In this document: piece after piece, positions 18,490 through 27,959 of the stretch
How the letters are laid out: the number at the start of each line of letters is the position of its first letter
Numbering within the stretch: position 1 is the stretch's first letter
Source of the DNA: a virus
Lineage: Duplodnaviria > Caudoviricetes
Strand: one strand, 5' to 3'
Virus record (IMG/VR): IMGVR_UViG_3300032328_000860
Location: 159,438 to 223,437 of that record
Length of the DNA: 64,000 nt
Notes under the pieces: generated by a model
Databases searched by the model: none
What the model was told of the DNA's origin: nothing
The model's input: only the letters and a program-made list of their open reading frames with translations
Program-made: the position numbers and the translations under genes

Positions 18490-18701
18490 GCAAAAATGTT
18501 CTAGAACTATACAAGATCGGAAGCAGGGTTAAGTTGACAGAAGATGTTTTTGGTACAATTATTAGTATCACTATTCATGGCAATAACAATATTACATATG
18601 AGTGTGGTTGGTGGAATGGTCGTTCATATTCGACACAATCTTTTGCCCCTAACGAAATTGAAGTAACTCTTGCAGACAAAATGAGAATCGGTTTTGCTTG
18701 A
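18486..18701 (+). CDS. small SH3-like/YodC-like protein
   Basis: IGSRVKL...YECGWW.G....F...EI. Confidence 0.5.
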   Translation: MSKNVLELYKIGSRVKLTEDVFGTIISITIHGNNNITYECGWWNGRSYSTQSFAPNEIEVTLADKMRIGFA

Positions 18702-18921
18702 AGATTTATCTTGGAAATATGAGACTCGTTTAACTTTGATAGGACTAAGTACTCTTATGGATAAAGTTGCTGATCCTTTAGATGCCATTATCGATTTTGC
18801 TTGGGCGGCTGGCGCTGATCGTTTTTGGGTAAATAATGCTAAAGATGAACTTAAAAGACTAAAATCAAAAATAAAGGAAAATACCAACAAACAGGAAAAT
18901 ACAGATGGTGAGCATACCTAA
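18694..18921 (+). CDS. hypothetical protein
   Basis: operonic ORF, start uncertain. Confidence 0.45.
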   Translation: MLEDLSWKYETRLTLIGLSTLMDKVADPLDAIIDFAWAAGADRFWVNNAKDELKRLKSKIKENTNKQENTDGEHT

Positions 18922-19231
18922 TAGGTTTTATCGTGGAATTGTTCATAGTCCTAAAAATCAAAAGCATCCTAATTTTAGATTCTTAATCGTAGACACTGTC
19001 TATGAGAAACAGAATGAAAATGGAGAATATTATATTGATTCCTTCAATAGCCGTGAAGATTTTCTCCTGCACAATCCAGATCAGGGGGACTCTTTTTATG
19101 GGGTATATGGTTCTTATTGGATAGATATTCCAAAAAGCTGTTTAAAGATTACAGAAACCAATAACTTAAATGCAGCAATTCTTATTGCTGAATCAATTAT
19201 GGGCAATACTATTATAGATACTACCTTCTAA
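18905..19231 (+). CDS. hypothetical protein
   Basis: operonic ORF. Confidence 0.6.
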   Translation: MVSIPNRFYRGIVHSPKNQKHPNFRFLIVDTVYEKQNENGEYYIDSFNSREDFLLHNPDQGDSFYGVYGSYWIDIPKSCLKITETNNLNAAILIAESIMGNTIIDTTF

Positions 19232-19767
19232 TGATTAATACACAATACAAGATTGATTGTAGTGATTGGTTTGATGAGGGTGGATATTGTCAAGTATATC
19301 CTATAAAGGGAAAGTCAAACTGGATATTCAAAGAATTTCATACCAAGAAGAAAGCCAGAGGCTCATATAATTATCATAAACAATTAGTCAAATTTGATTT
19401 AGCCCCTAAAATCTATAGCAGTATTTGTAGATTAAAATTTGCTGACTATGGAGATATTTGTTTTGACCATACTAGTGATTGGGGCTATATTACAGAATAT
19501 GCTAAGACTCACGAAGCCAATACTATTATAACGATGAAAGATATACAAAATCTGGTTGATGAAATTTATCAAAAAACTGGACTAAAATTTTGGGATTGTC
19601 ATTGGTATAATGTGGGTATTGTAAAAAGAAAAAATAAAAACAAAATTGTTTGTATTGATACTGGTGAAGAAAGTTTTCAAAGCATTAATAATTCTTGGAG
19701 ATTTGCTGAACCTGGGCCAAAATGTAATTATTGTGATCAATATCAGTGTAAATGTACAGAGGATTAA
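19231..19767 (+). CDS. minimal protein-kinase-like protein
   Basis: EGGYCQVY loop, IFKEF Lys, DCHWYN catalytic loop, CIDTG; C-terminal Cys cluster. Confidence 0.65.
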   Translation: MINTQYKIDCSDWFDEGGYCQVYPIKGKSNWIFKEFHTKKKARGSYNYHKQLVKFDLAPKIYSSICRLKFADYGDICFDHTSDWGYITEYAKTHEANTIITMKDIQNLVDEIYQKTGLKFWDCHWYNVGIVKRKNKNKIVCIDTGEESFQSINNSWRFAEPGPKCNYCDQYQCKCTED

Positions 19768-19769
19768 TT

Positions 19770-20117
19770 ATGCCATATATTAAAGAAGAGAATAGAATTA
19801 GTCTAGACGATTGTATAGATCATATGGTTATTTGTTTGAAAAATAGCGCTTTTAGAACATCATTTGATCCAGATAAAACGAATTATCTAAAAAAGGAACT
19901 GAACAATGAAGATTTTCTAGCAATAGTTGGCGATATAAATTACTGTTTTTCTCGCATAATTACAGGTACTATGGGTGATGTTTCTTACCCTAAAATTGCT
20001 GTCATTACTGGTGTATTAGAGAATATTAAGCAAGAGTTTTATCGTCGTGCTGCTACTCCTTTTGAAGATTTAAAAATTAAACAGAATGGTGATATTAAGG
20101 AATATAAAAAATACTAA
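19770..20117 (+). CDS. conserved phage protein (DUF6899-like)
   Basis: MPYIK..R; GDINY; G.LE.IKQEFYRR...P.ED.KI..NGD. Confidence 0.7.
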   Translation: MPYIKEENRISLDDCIDHMVICLKNSAFRTSFDPDKTNYLKKELNNEDFLAIVGDINYCFSRIITGTMGDVSYPKIAVITGVLENIKQEFYRRAATPFEDLKIKQNGDIKEYKKY

Positions 20118-20133
20118 AATAAAGAGAATAACA

Positions 20134-20448
20134 ATGTCAAGAGATTTTGATAATATAGCTAAAGAAGTTATAAAAAATAATAAAGAAATTCATAAGGTAG
20201 ATGATAAATTATCTAAAGAATTATTTCTTATTGATAAAGATATACAAAATTTAAAAAAAGATCTAAAAGCCATAGGCACTAAAGTAGATACTATCTTAGA
20301 TCTATTGAATACTCTTATTATAGTTATGGAAGATGCAGAAGATATTGTTGCAGAAGATGATGATGGTGAGGATTTTGAATCCAATGAGGGATGGTTGCCA
20401 GAGCTTAATAAGTGGGAAAACGAACAAGATGATGAGGATGAGGATTAA
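20134..20448 (+). CDS. coiled-coil protein with acidic tail
   Basis: composition. Confidence 0.6.
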   Translation: MSRDFDNIAKEVIKNNKEIHKVDDKLSKELFLIDKDIQNLKKDLKAIGTKVDTILDLLNTLIIVMEDAEDIVAEDDDGEDFESNEGWLPELNKWENEQDDEDED

Positions 20449-20699
20449 TGGCCGGGTTAGCTCTAATAGTATCAATAATTTTTTTATCTGTACTAATCAT
20501 AGGGCCATTAAGTTATATCTTATCTTTGTTTGATTGGATGCCAAAGTTTTTTATATGGATTATGGGATTGCTTTGCATACTGGTAGGAGGTCTTACATTC
20601 GCTTTGCCAGTGGTCTTTTTAAAAGTTTTGGGTCTGATAGACATAGCCATCGGGTTTAAAATAATCTCAGACAGACAACAAAAGAAAAGTGGTGCTTGA
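20448..20699 (+). CDS. membrane protein (3 TM)
   Basis: hydrophobic helices. Confidence 0.65.
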   Translation: MAGLALIVSIIFLSVLIIGPLSYILSLFDWMPKFFIWIMGLLCILVGGLTFALPVVFLKVLGLIDIAIGFKIISDRQQKKSGA

Positions 20700-20724
20700 C
20701 AAGACAGTTTGCCGATGGTATACT
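20696..20724 (+). promoter_or_regulatory. sigma70-type promoter for rIIA
   Basis: TTGACA-17-TATACT, GCCGATG in spacer. Confidence 0.78.
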
Positions 20725-20763
20725 TGAGCCATCACAGGAACGATAAAACATTGGAGAACAAAG

Positions 20764-23451
20764 ATGAAACTTGCAGACAGAACTATTGAGACGCATAACA
20801 GAGGTGTTGTTTCCGAGAGCCAATTTACTATTTCGCAAAATGCGAAAATGTTTAAAATCCTTTCAGACTCTCTTTATTCTGATAAGGTTATGGCTGCGAT
20901 TCGTGAGCTTTCTACTAATGCTTATGATAGTCATATCTCTGCTGGGAATAAGAATCCTTTTAAGGTAACCTTGCCCACAGCTTCCAATCCTACTTTTATG
21001 GTAAGAGATTATGGTACTGGTCTTAGTCAGGAAGATATGGAGGACTTGTATACCACTTATGGTGCTTCCAATAAGAATGATAGTAATGATTTTGTTGGTT
21101 GTCTTGGTCTAGGATCCAAGAGTCCCTTCGCATATACCAAAAGCTTTACCACCGCATCATATTACAACGGTAAGAAGTATACCTATATTGCGGCGATTGA
21201 TGAGAGCGGTGTTCCTACTTTGAATCTTTTCAATACTTCAAATACGTCTGAATCTAATGGTCTTGAGATTAGTTTTGCTGTTAAGCAGCATGACTTTCAA
21301 GAGTTTACCGATAAGGCTAAGAGAATCTTCCATTATTTCCGTATGAAACCCATCCTTGAGGGTGGTATCGGGAATAGTCTGCAAGATCATAAGTATAGCA
21401 ACACCAATATTATCATTAGCGGTGAGGGTTGGAGGGTTTGCCGACTTAACAATGACAATACTTATTTTCCAAGTAACTACCATCGAATTGATAGTGGTAT
21501 CGTAGCTATCATGGGTAATATCGCCTATCCTGTTCAGACCGCACAGATTGTGGGTCAAGAGAAGGATGAGATGCCCGATCACATTCAGAAGTGGAATAGA
21601 GCTTTCCAAAAGGCTGATATTGATTCTTGGAAGAGTTTTGTTAGTGAGATTATTAATTCTGGTCTTTATCTTGAGCTTGATTTTAATATCGGTCAACTTG
21701 AGATGGATGTAAGTCGAGAAGGACTACAGTATACTAAAGATGTTATCAAGACTCTGCGTAAAAAGACTCAAGAAATTTACATGGAGATGAAGGAAGAATT
21801 CTCCAAGAAAATTCAAGCTGCCAAGAACAAGGTAGAAGCAATTACTTCATACTATACTATGAATGAATTGGCTGGCGGCTGGGGGGTTGGTGCTACTTGG
21901 ACTGATCCCAAGGGCAAAGATCATTCTATCAACTCTGGCAATGATCTGGAATATAAAATTCCTGCCGGTAAGAGTCTGTACGTTTTTAATTATAAGACTG
22001 CTGGCTACCGTTCTCGTCGCCAAGTTGCTCTAACAGACAGAATCCATCACGAAACCCTTACTGGTAAAGGTTCTTATTATTGGAGTAACCAGAAGAAGAA
22101 GGGTAATATGGCTTTCTTTATCTGCGACGTTAAGGGTGAAGAAACTGCCAAGAAAATTATTACAAGGTACTGTAATGCAAACGATTGCTTTGCATATCTT
22201 TTGATCGACACTAAAGATCATACAAAGAGCGGAGAGGGTTTTGATCAACTAGTCGAAGATGTTGGGGCTGAAAATCTACTCAAGGTTTCAGACTACAAGC
22301 ATCTGACACAAAGTTCTGGCCCAAGAAAGTCTTATGGTAGAAATTCTAATGGTAGCGTCAGTGACCAAGACGTATTCTTTATCCACGGCTATAATGAGGA
22401 TAGTAAGCAGATTACTAATCCCTATAACGACGCTACTTGTCTGAGAATTCTTTCAGAAAAACAACTAGAAGATTTTCTGGAACAGGATGAGATTGTGTAC
22501 GTTCCTATGCTTCGATATAAGACTGAGGATCAGTCTGGTTATCCACAGATTAATGATATTGCAATTACTCTTAGGGATCAAACACTCAAGAGCATAGTCA
22601 AGGACTTGGTTGGAGACAGCAAGATTTATGCTATTAAAACAGCTTTCGCTAAAAAGCTTGAAAAAGATGGATACAATCTTGTTAACTTCAATGACTTTTT
22701 GAAGCGTCAACTTAAAGTTGTAGCACACAAGCACTTCAAGAACCTCTCTTCCATTAACAAGTTTGTTGAATATTGCAAGAAAGACTTTAATGAAGAAGAG
22801 AAAAGGAGTAAGGGAGTCGGCTACGGTTATTATAACCATGGGACAACTGATAAGCAGTTTATGTTTCATATTCTAAATATCTTTGGTCTAGATTATGATA
22901 AGTTTATTAACAACAAGACTCTTGTGGACTGCTTGAATAAAACAATACTCACAGAGTTTTTCGCTTATACTGTTCATATTAGTCCTTACAGTATTACCAA
23001 GTTCAACCAAACAGAGTATCTGTCTCATATCTCTAAGCTTATGAAAGAGGCTGGGATAGAAGATGTTGATGGTAAAGAGATTCGTAATGCTAACTTGGCT
23101 TATAACACTTTGACAAGAATGATTTCTCACAATTTGTATAATGGTCAAGTAGATAAGATAGAGAGCTATCTTAAAATTATCCGTGGGACTTCTACTCAAG
23201 ATATCAAGACATGGAAAATTTCTGAGATTAGGGAAAAAATTAAGGCTGAAGTAGATAAGAATCCTATGCTGAAACTTATTATGAGTAATCATCAAGTATC
23301 TGGTAATCTGACAGACCTAAAGCCTGGTCAGAATCCTATTCTTGAGGATCGTCACTCATACTATGGAAATTTTGGTAAGGATTGGATCCAACAGATGAGT
23401 CAGGAGAATATTGATCTATTAAAGATTCAGTTGAGTAGTTTAATCAAGTAG
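20764..23451 (+). CDS. rIIA: rIIA-like protein (N-terminal GHKL ATPase)
   Basis: LYSDK..AIRELSTNAYDSH; VRDYGTG; GCLGLGSKSPFAY; SREGLQY; followed by rIIB. Confidence 0.85.
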   Translation: MKLADRTIETHNRGVVSESQFTISQNAKMFKILSDSLYSDKVMAAIRELSTNAYDSHISAGNKNPFKVTLPTASNPTFMVRDYGTGLSQEDMEDLYTTYGASNKNDSNDFVGCLGLGSKSPFAYTKSFTTASYYNGKKYTYIAAIDESGVPTLNLFNTSNTSESNGLEISFAVKQHDFQEFTDKAKRIFHYFRMKPILEGGIGNSLQDHKYSNTNIIISGEGWRVCRLNNDNTYFPSNYHRIDSGIVAIMGNIAYPVQTAQIVGQEKDEMPDHIQKWNRAFQKADIDSWKSFVSEIINSGLYLELDFNIGQLEMDVSREGLQYTKDVIKTLRKKTQEIYMEMKEEFSKKIQAAKNKVEAITSYYTMNELAGGWGVGATWTDPKGKDHSINSGNDLEYKIPAGKSLYVFNYKTAGYRSRRQVALTDRIHHETLTGKGSYYWSNQKKKGNMAFFICDVKGEETAKKIITRYCNANDCFAYLLIDTKDHTKSGEGFDQLVEDVGAENLLKVSDYKHLTQSSGPRKSYGRNSNGSVSDQDVFFIHGYNEDSKQITNPYNDATCLRILSEKQLEDFLEQDEIVYVPMLRYKTEDQSGYPQINDIAITLRDQTLKSIVKDLVGDSKIYAIKTAFAKKLEKDGYNLVNFNDFLKRQLKVVAHKHFKNLSSINKFVEYCKKDFNEEEKRSKGVGYGYYNHGTTDKQFMFHILNIFGLDYDKFINNKTLVDCLNKTILTEFFAYTVHISPYSITKFNQTEYLSHISKLMKEAGIEDVDGKEIRNANLAYNTLTRMISHNLYNGQVDKIESYLKIIRGTSTQDIKTWKISEIREKIKAEVDKNPMLKLIMSNHQVSGNLTDLKPGQNPILEDRHSYYGNFGKDWIQQMSQENIDLLKIQLSSLIK

Positions 23452-23472
23452 TCAGAAATTATTCAAGACCCC

Positions 23473-23500
23473 TTGACAAGCTTGCCGATTAGTGTAAAAT
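23473..23500 (+). promoter_or_regulatory. sigma70-type promoter for rIIB
   Basis: TTGACA-16-TAAAAT, GCCGATT in spacer. Confidence 0.72.
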
Positions 23501-23544
23501 GACAGTATCACGGGTATCGTAACTATAAACTAGGAGTTCGGATT

Positions 23545-24408
23545 ATGGCTGTTCCATTTATGTTTGTTGATGGTAATTTGACGCTGGTTCTTAATAACCA
23601 GAGTTATCAGGTGTTGCCGGATCATATCAACTATAAGTTGATTCTGGAAAAACTTCCCTCTGCTACAGCAGAGGAACTGTTGGAAGTTGTTGATGTTCAA
23701 AAGGCTGTTGCTACTTTCAGTGATGGTCTTGTGGAGATCAAGAATGGACAGGTTCTTTACGAAGGAGAGCAAGTTCATGGTAGTATTAGTAAGTGTATTC
23801 TGGAGTTTATGAGCAAGGGATTGCCGTTCCAGCCCCTTGTTAATTTCCTGAATAATCTCATGGAAAATCCAAGTATGCAGAGTCAGAAGGAACTGTATGA
23901 TTTCTTGGAGCATGAGAATTTGGCTATTACTTCAGATGGTCATTTTCTAGCATACAAGGCCGTTAGGAATGATTTTAAAGATAAGTATAGAGGAACATTT
24001 GATAACAGTATCGGAAATGTTGTTACAATGCAGAGAGCAAAAGTAGATGATGATCGTGGTCGTGGTTGTTCTAATGGGCTTCATGCTGGAGCATTAAACT
24101 ATGTTGCCAGTTATGGTTCTGTTGATAATGGTGATCGTATTGTTATCGTCAAGATTAATCCTCGTGATGTAGTTAGTGTTCCTACTGACTGTAATTGTGA
24201 AAAACTTCGTACTTGTCGTTATGAAGTTGTGGCAGAATACGAGGGGGAACTCATTAAACCATTGTATTCGTCTGATTTTAGTTATGCTGAACAAGACGAT
24301 TATGACGATGACGATTATAATGTAGATGATTCTTATTGGGATCAATTTGACGACGATGAAGAGGAAGATGAATATAGTGAGTATGACGATGAGGATGAGA
24401 CTTATTGA
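23545..24408 (+). CDS. rIIB: rIIB-like protein with acidic tail
   Basis: NPS...ELYDFL..IT.DG.FLAYKAV; VDDD...CS.GLH; VKINP.DVVSVP.D...K.R.CRY. Confidence 0.87.
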   Translation: MAVPFMFVDGNLTLVLNNQSYQVLPDHINYKLILEKLPSATAEELLEVVDVQKAVATFSDGLVEIKNGQVLYEGEQVHGSISKCILEFMSKGLPFQPLVNFLNNLMENPSMQSQKELYDFLEHENLAITSDGHFLAYKAVRNDFKDKYRGTFDNSIGNVVTMQRAKVDDDRGRGCSNGLHAGALNYVASYGSVDNGDRIVIVKINPRDVVSVPTDCNCEKLRTCRYEVVAEYEGELIKPLYSSDFSYAEQDDYDDDDYNVDDSYWDQFDDDEEEDEYSEYDDEDETY

Positions 24409-24421
24409 TTAATAATAATTA

Positions 24422-24478
24422 TAGCCTTTGGAGTTTGAATGGTGTATTACATAAGAAGTATTCATTCTCCAGAGGCTA
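24422..24478 (+). promoter_or_regulatory. GGTGTA motif within SD-sequestering hairpin
   Basis: TAGCCTTTGGAG/CTCCAGAGGCTA stem enclosing TGGTGTATTACATAA. Confidence 0.72.
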
Positions 24479-24483
24479 CTATT

Positions 24484-25062
24484 ATGACAATTCAAGAAAT
24501 CATTAGAGACAAGAAAAGATTAAAAAAACTTATAATCGAAGGAAAAACGGCCAAAGAGTTATCTGAGATATATAATTGCTCAAAAAGTACTATTCATGAA
24601 GTAAAAAACAGATTAGGTTATTTAAGTAATAAATTACGTCCAGAGGATAAAACTAATAGAAAGGCTCTTGGAATTGTTGGTTGTGAGATTTGTGGTAAAT
24701 CTGGATCTTTAAGAACTTGTACTAGATGTGCTAATAAAATAATTAAAATCGCCAAAAAGAAAATTTTGATAGAAAAACTTGGAAATAAATGTGAAATATG
24801 TGGATATGATAAATATCAAAACGCTTTAGACTTTCATCATATAGATCCAGAATATAAAGAATATGTAATTGGAGAAATTAATACAGATTTTAGTAAACTT
24901 CTTAAAGAAACAGATAAATGTAAATTACTATGTAATAGATGCCATAGAGAATTACACTACGAAGAATCAGATACGATTGGTTTTATAACTAAGAGCAAAT
25001 CAAAAATTGATAGGACAATAAAAAATTTAAAACAAAAATATAAAGTGGAGTCTGGTGACTAA
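24484..25062 (+). CDS. HNH endonuclease with N-terminal HTH
   Basis: KCEICGYDK...ALDFHH.DP..K...KC.LLCNRCHRELH. Confidence 0.85.
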   Translation: MTIQEIIRDKKRLKKLIIEGKTAKELSEIYNCSKSTIHEVKNRLGYLSNKLRPEDKTNRKALGIVGCEICGKSGSLRTCTRCANKIIKIAKKKILIEKLGNKCEICGYDKYQNALDFHHIDPEYKEYVIGEINTDFSKLLKETDKCKLLCNRCHRELHYEESDTIGFITKSKSKIDRTIKNLKQKYKVESGD

Positions 25063-25128
25063 GATAATAACCTCTGGTTGGGAAACTCAACAAACGCTAT
25101 TTGAGAGGGTTCGATTCCCTCCCGCTAT
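25042..25128 (+). ncRNA. degenerate tRNA-like element
   Basis: canonical T-arm GAGGG-TTCGATT-CCCTC; AGTGG/CCGCT acceptor-like stem; no assignable anticodon. Confidence 0.4.
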
Positions 25129-25199
25129 TTTATATCGCTAATGATAGTAAGGGTTACTATCCCGATATGGTTTGAGATTATTAAAATTAATGGTGAAAT

Positions 25200-26387
25200 A
25201 TGTTTAAGATGGAACTTGGTTTTAATCCCTACGATAATAAAACTAATCAAGCTTTTAATCAACGGGACTGCGAAATGAGAGGAAAATTTATCCACTCTTT
25301 TGGTGGCGAGCAAAATATTTATTGTTACAATGGAGATCCTCGTAAAAAAATCAGTACTATGTCTCATACTGCTGACCTAACTCTAGCGGTTCATGCTAAT
25401 CTAAATAATAGTTCAGATGTTTACTTTTATGTGAACGGTGGACGAAAGCAATATGCTATTAATGAGTTCCGCTCCTGCTTTGTTGATATTGATGCTGGGC
25501 GAGATTCTACTGGTAACTATCTTTCCTCAAAAGAGGTTATGAGGTTTAAGCAGGCTACCCTTGATAAGATAAATAGTTTTTCGGTAACTCCTAGTTGGGT
25601 TGTTGATACCCGTAATGGTTATCAGGTTTATTGGATTTTGGATAAAAATAGCAGATATATCAATAAACAAAATTGGAATGGTATTCAGAAGAAGTTGGTA
25701 AATTACTTTGGAGGAGATGCACGAGCCATCAAGACTAATCAGATTTATCGAGTTCCTTATACTTGGTGGCGTAAGTGCTGGGAGAAGAAAGCTTCTTACT
25801 ACTCTACTGTTCTTCAAGGTTCAACTGGTCAGATCGTTAATGTTCAAGATTTAATAGCTGCATTAACTGGTCAACCAGCAACAGTAAATATTGTTCCTAA
25901 TGCTACTAGTGATGCTTGGTTTGATAAGTGGCGTGAAACTTATAAGAAGTCTGATAATAATGGACTTCCAGTAAGTTTTGATGCTGCCACAAAGATTCTG
26001 AATGAACTTAATAGTCAAAAAACAGTCTATACTAATAGTGTCTCTGATAGTTGTTGTCAAAAGAATACTAAAGATAATGCGTGGGGAGACTTTGGTAAGA
26101 CTTATAGTATTAATAAAGAAGATCCTAATAAGTATGTTGATTATAAGTGCAATAAGTCTTTTGGCAATAATTATGAGAAGACTTATGGTGATCCGTCGCC
26201 AACGCTACCTTCTCATGCTGGCAAAAGCGGTTTAGATTTGAGTGAGTCACAGGCCAAACTTTTAAAAACGGTGGTCGAGTACCTCAACCAAGCGTCTACA
26301 GCGTTGTATTTCAGCAACAACCGATTCCTTTCTGGTGCTGCCAGAGACTTGGCAAATCAGATTAGTGACAAGTTTTGTATCGGTTGA
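25200..26387 (+). CDS. RepB-type (AEP superfamily) primase-like protein
   Basis: FVDID; PSWVVDTRNGYQVYW; GD......I.RVP. Confidence 0.7.
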   Translation: MFKMELGFNPYDNKTNQAFNQRDCEMRGKFIHSFGGEQNIYCYNGDPRKKISTMSHTADLTLAVHANLNNSSDVYFYVNGGRKQYAINEFRSCFVDIDAGRDSTGNYLSSKEVMRFKQATLDKINSFSVTPSWVVDTRNGYQVYWILDKNSRYINKQNWNGIQKKLVNYFGGDARAIKTNQIYRVPYTWWRKCWEKKASYYSTVLQGSTGQIVNVQDLIAALTGQPATVNIVPNATSDAWFDKWRETYKKSDNNGLPVSFDAATKILNELNSQKTVYTNSVSDSCCQKNTKDNAWGDFGKTYSINKEDPNKYVDYKCNKSFGNNYEKTYGDPSPTLPSHAGKSGLDLSESQAKLLKTVVEYLNQASTALYFSNNRFLSGAARDLANQISDKFCIG

Positions 26388-26394
26388 GAGTTCT

Positions 26395-26432
26395 GTGTCA
26401 GGGGTATTGGAGATTCCATACCCTTTTGACAC
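26395..26432 (+). other. hairpin downstream of primase gene
   Basis: GTGTCA-GGGGTAT..ATACCCT-TGACAC. Confidence 0.55.
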
Positions 26433-26456
26433 AACAATAATATAAGGATAAAATAA

Positions 26457-26741
26457 ATGGGTAGACATATAAATCCTCTGTTAAAACTTTTGTTGAATGA
26501 TAAAGAAGCAAAAAAAGATTTTATTGAATTAGTTCAAAACCATGGAGATAAATGGACTACTTCAAAATATCTTGAAGATGGTAAGTTTAGAAACACCAAA
26601 TGGTTTGTTAGTGGTCAAACAATTGGTAATATTATGAAGAGGTTGGGTTTTGTTGGTCGTCGAGGTAAACCGGCAAGAAAACCAGAGTCAATAGTGAAAG
26701 AACAAAACAGATGGATGTATGGTGATCCAGGATGTAATTAA
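26457..26741 (+). CDS. small basic DNA-binding-like protein
   Basis: SGQTIGNIMKRLG..GRRGKP. Confidence 0.6.
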   Translation: MGRHINPLLKLLLNDKEAKKDFIELVQNHGDKWTTSKYLEDGKFRNTKWFVSGQTIGNIMKRLGFVGRRGKPARKPESIVKEQNRWMYGDPGCN

Positions 26742-26744
26742 ATT

Positions 26745-27146
26745 ATGAACCAAGATGAAAACAATTACAATGACTATGATGATAGTCAGGACAATTTAGA
26801 GAGTCAGTATAAACATTATTTTAAGTTTGATCCCGAAGCGTGGGATGCTTGGGGCAAATGGTTATATGATGCGTTAAATGAAGCTGTTGAGATTTCACCA
26901 AATGTGTGGTATACTTATGGTTTTCCATCGAAGTCGATTCCTGTGAATAGTTATATCTCCAATACTGACAAGGGTCACTCCTTCCAGTATTTGGGGAATA
27001 ACTATCAAAACCAAGAAGTGTGGAAAGCTAAATATTTTATACATAACCCAATAAATACAGAATATGCATTACACATCCAATCTCACGCTAAATATTTTTT
27101 ACAACAGCCTAATTACTATAAAGGCCTATTCGATATTCTTAACTAG
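26745..27146 (+). CDS. hypothetical protein
   Basis: operonic ORF. Confidence 0.6.
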   Translation: MNQDENNYNDYDDSQDNLESQYKHYFKFDPEAWDAWGKWLYDALNEAVEISPNVWYTYGFPSKSIPVNSYISNTDKGHSFQYLGNNYQNQEVWKAKYFIHNPINTEYALHIQSHAKYFLQQPNYYKGLFDILN

Positions 27147-27151
27147 AAAGT

Positions 27152-27586
27152 ATGTGTATTATGACAGATATGTTTGTAATTAAAGACCTGGATCATTTTA
27201 TAGATAGTACTCGTAAATTAGTGTTTAATAGCTTTGGTAAACAAGATGCTTCAAATCAATCTATAAACCAAATGTTGTATAGCGATATGTCAGAATCAGA
27301 CATTAATGAAATGGATAGAGTGCTCAGTATTTCTGAAACAGAAATTATCATAAAAAATCGTCTAAAAAAGCAAAAAAATAAAACAACAGGAGAACATAGA
27401 TATATATTGACAGAATCACAATTCTGTGATATAGTAGAAGATCTTAATTCTAGGATGGTTAGTAACTTACTAAGCGAATTAGCTGCCAAAGGCATGATAG
27501 AATCCGCATACGATTCCGAACTCAATGACTTTGTATTTTGGATTAAAGATGATGAACAAACAAAAGAAGACAATACGTCAAGTTAA
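27152..27586 (+). CDS. hypothetical protein, paralog of 6426..6815
   Basis: shared C-terminal motif ending VFW. Confidence 0.65.
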   Translation: MCIMTDMFVIKDLDHFIDSTRKLVFNSFGKQDASNQSINQMLYSDMSESDINEMDRVLSISETEIIIKNRLKKQKNKTTGEHRYILTESQFCDIVEDLNSRMVSNLLSELAAKGMIESAYDSELNDFVFWIKDDEQTKEDNTSS

Positions 27587-27959
27587 ACCATGTGATATTG
27601 ATATACACTTCAAATACAAGTGCTCAAATGAAGAGTGTAATATTGAACACTGGTTATTTCTAAAAGAATCTAAAACTAAAAACTTTAAAATCGTATGTGA
27701 ATGTGGTAATATTTATATTCCTAAAAGAGTTTCTAAATTAGTTATTAGATATGCTGGTTCTCTAAAACAAAAACACTCAACACAAAAGTTATCCAATAAT
27801 ATTTTACAAAAATGCATTAAGATATTGGATAAATACGGTTTTGATAAGACGGAATCAGAGAAACTTATACAGCAGGCTTTTGAACAAAGCAAGAGTGAAG
27901 AAATAGGTTCATTAATTAAATTGGCTTTACAACTATTTGGAGGTAATAATAATGTCTAA
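27549..27959 (+). CDS. Zn-ribbon fused to RuvA C-terminal (domain III)-like helical domain
   Basis: C..C.IEH...CECG; L..YGF...E...I......EI.SLIKLAL; directly upstream of ruvB. Confidence 0.6.
   Translation: MMNKQKKTIRQVKPCDIDIHFKYKCSNEECNIEHWLFLKESKTKNFKIVCECGNIYIPKRVSKLVIRYAGSLKQKHSTQKLSNNILQKCIKILDKYGFDKTESEKLIQQAFEQSKSEEIGSLIKLALQLFGGNNNV

Noticed and set aside
20764-23451. Hsp90/MORC defence ATPase
   Set aside because: Adjacent rIIB and motif pattern fit rIIA better
21238-24345. Long minus-strand ORFs within rIIA/rIIB
   Set aside because: Antisense artefacts of codon bias; no SD or recognisable motifs
25042-25128. Functional canonical or selenocysteine tRNA
   Set aside because: No 7-nt anticodon loop and an imperfect acceptor stem; kept only as tRNA-like
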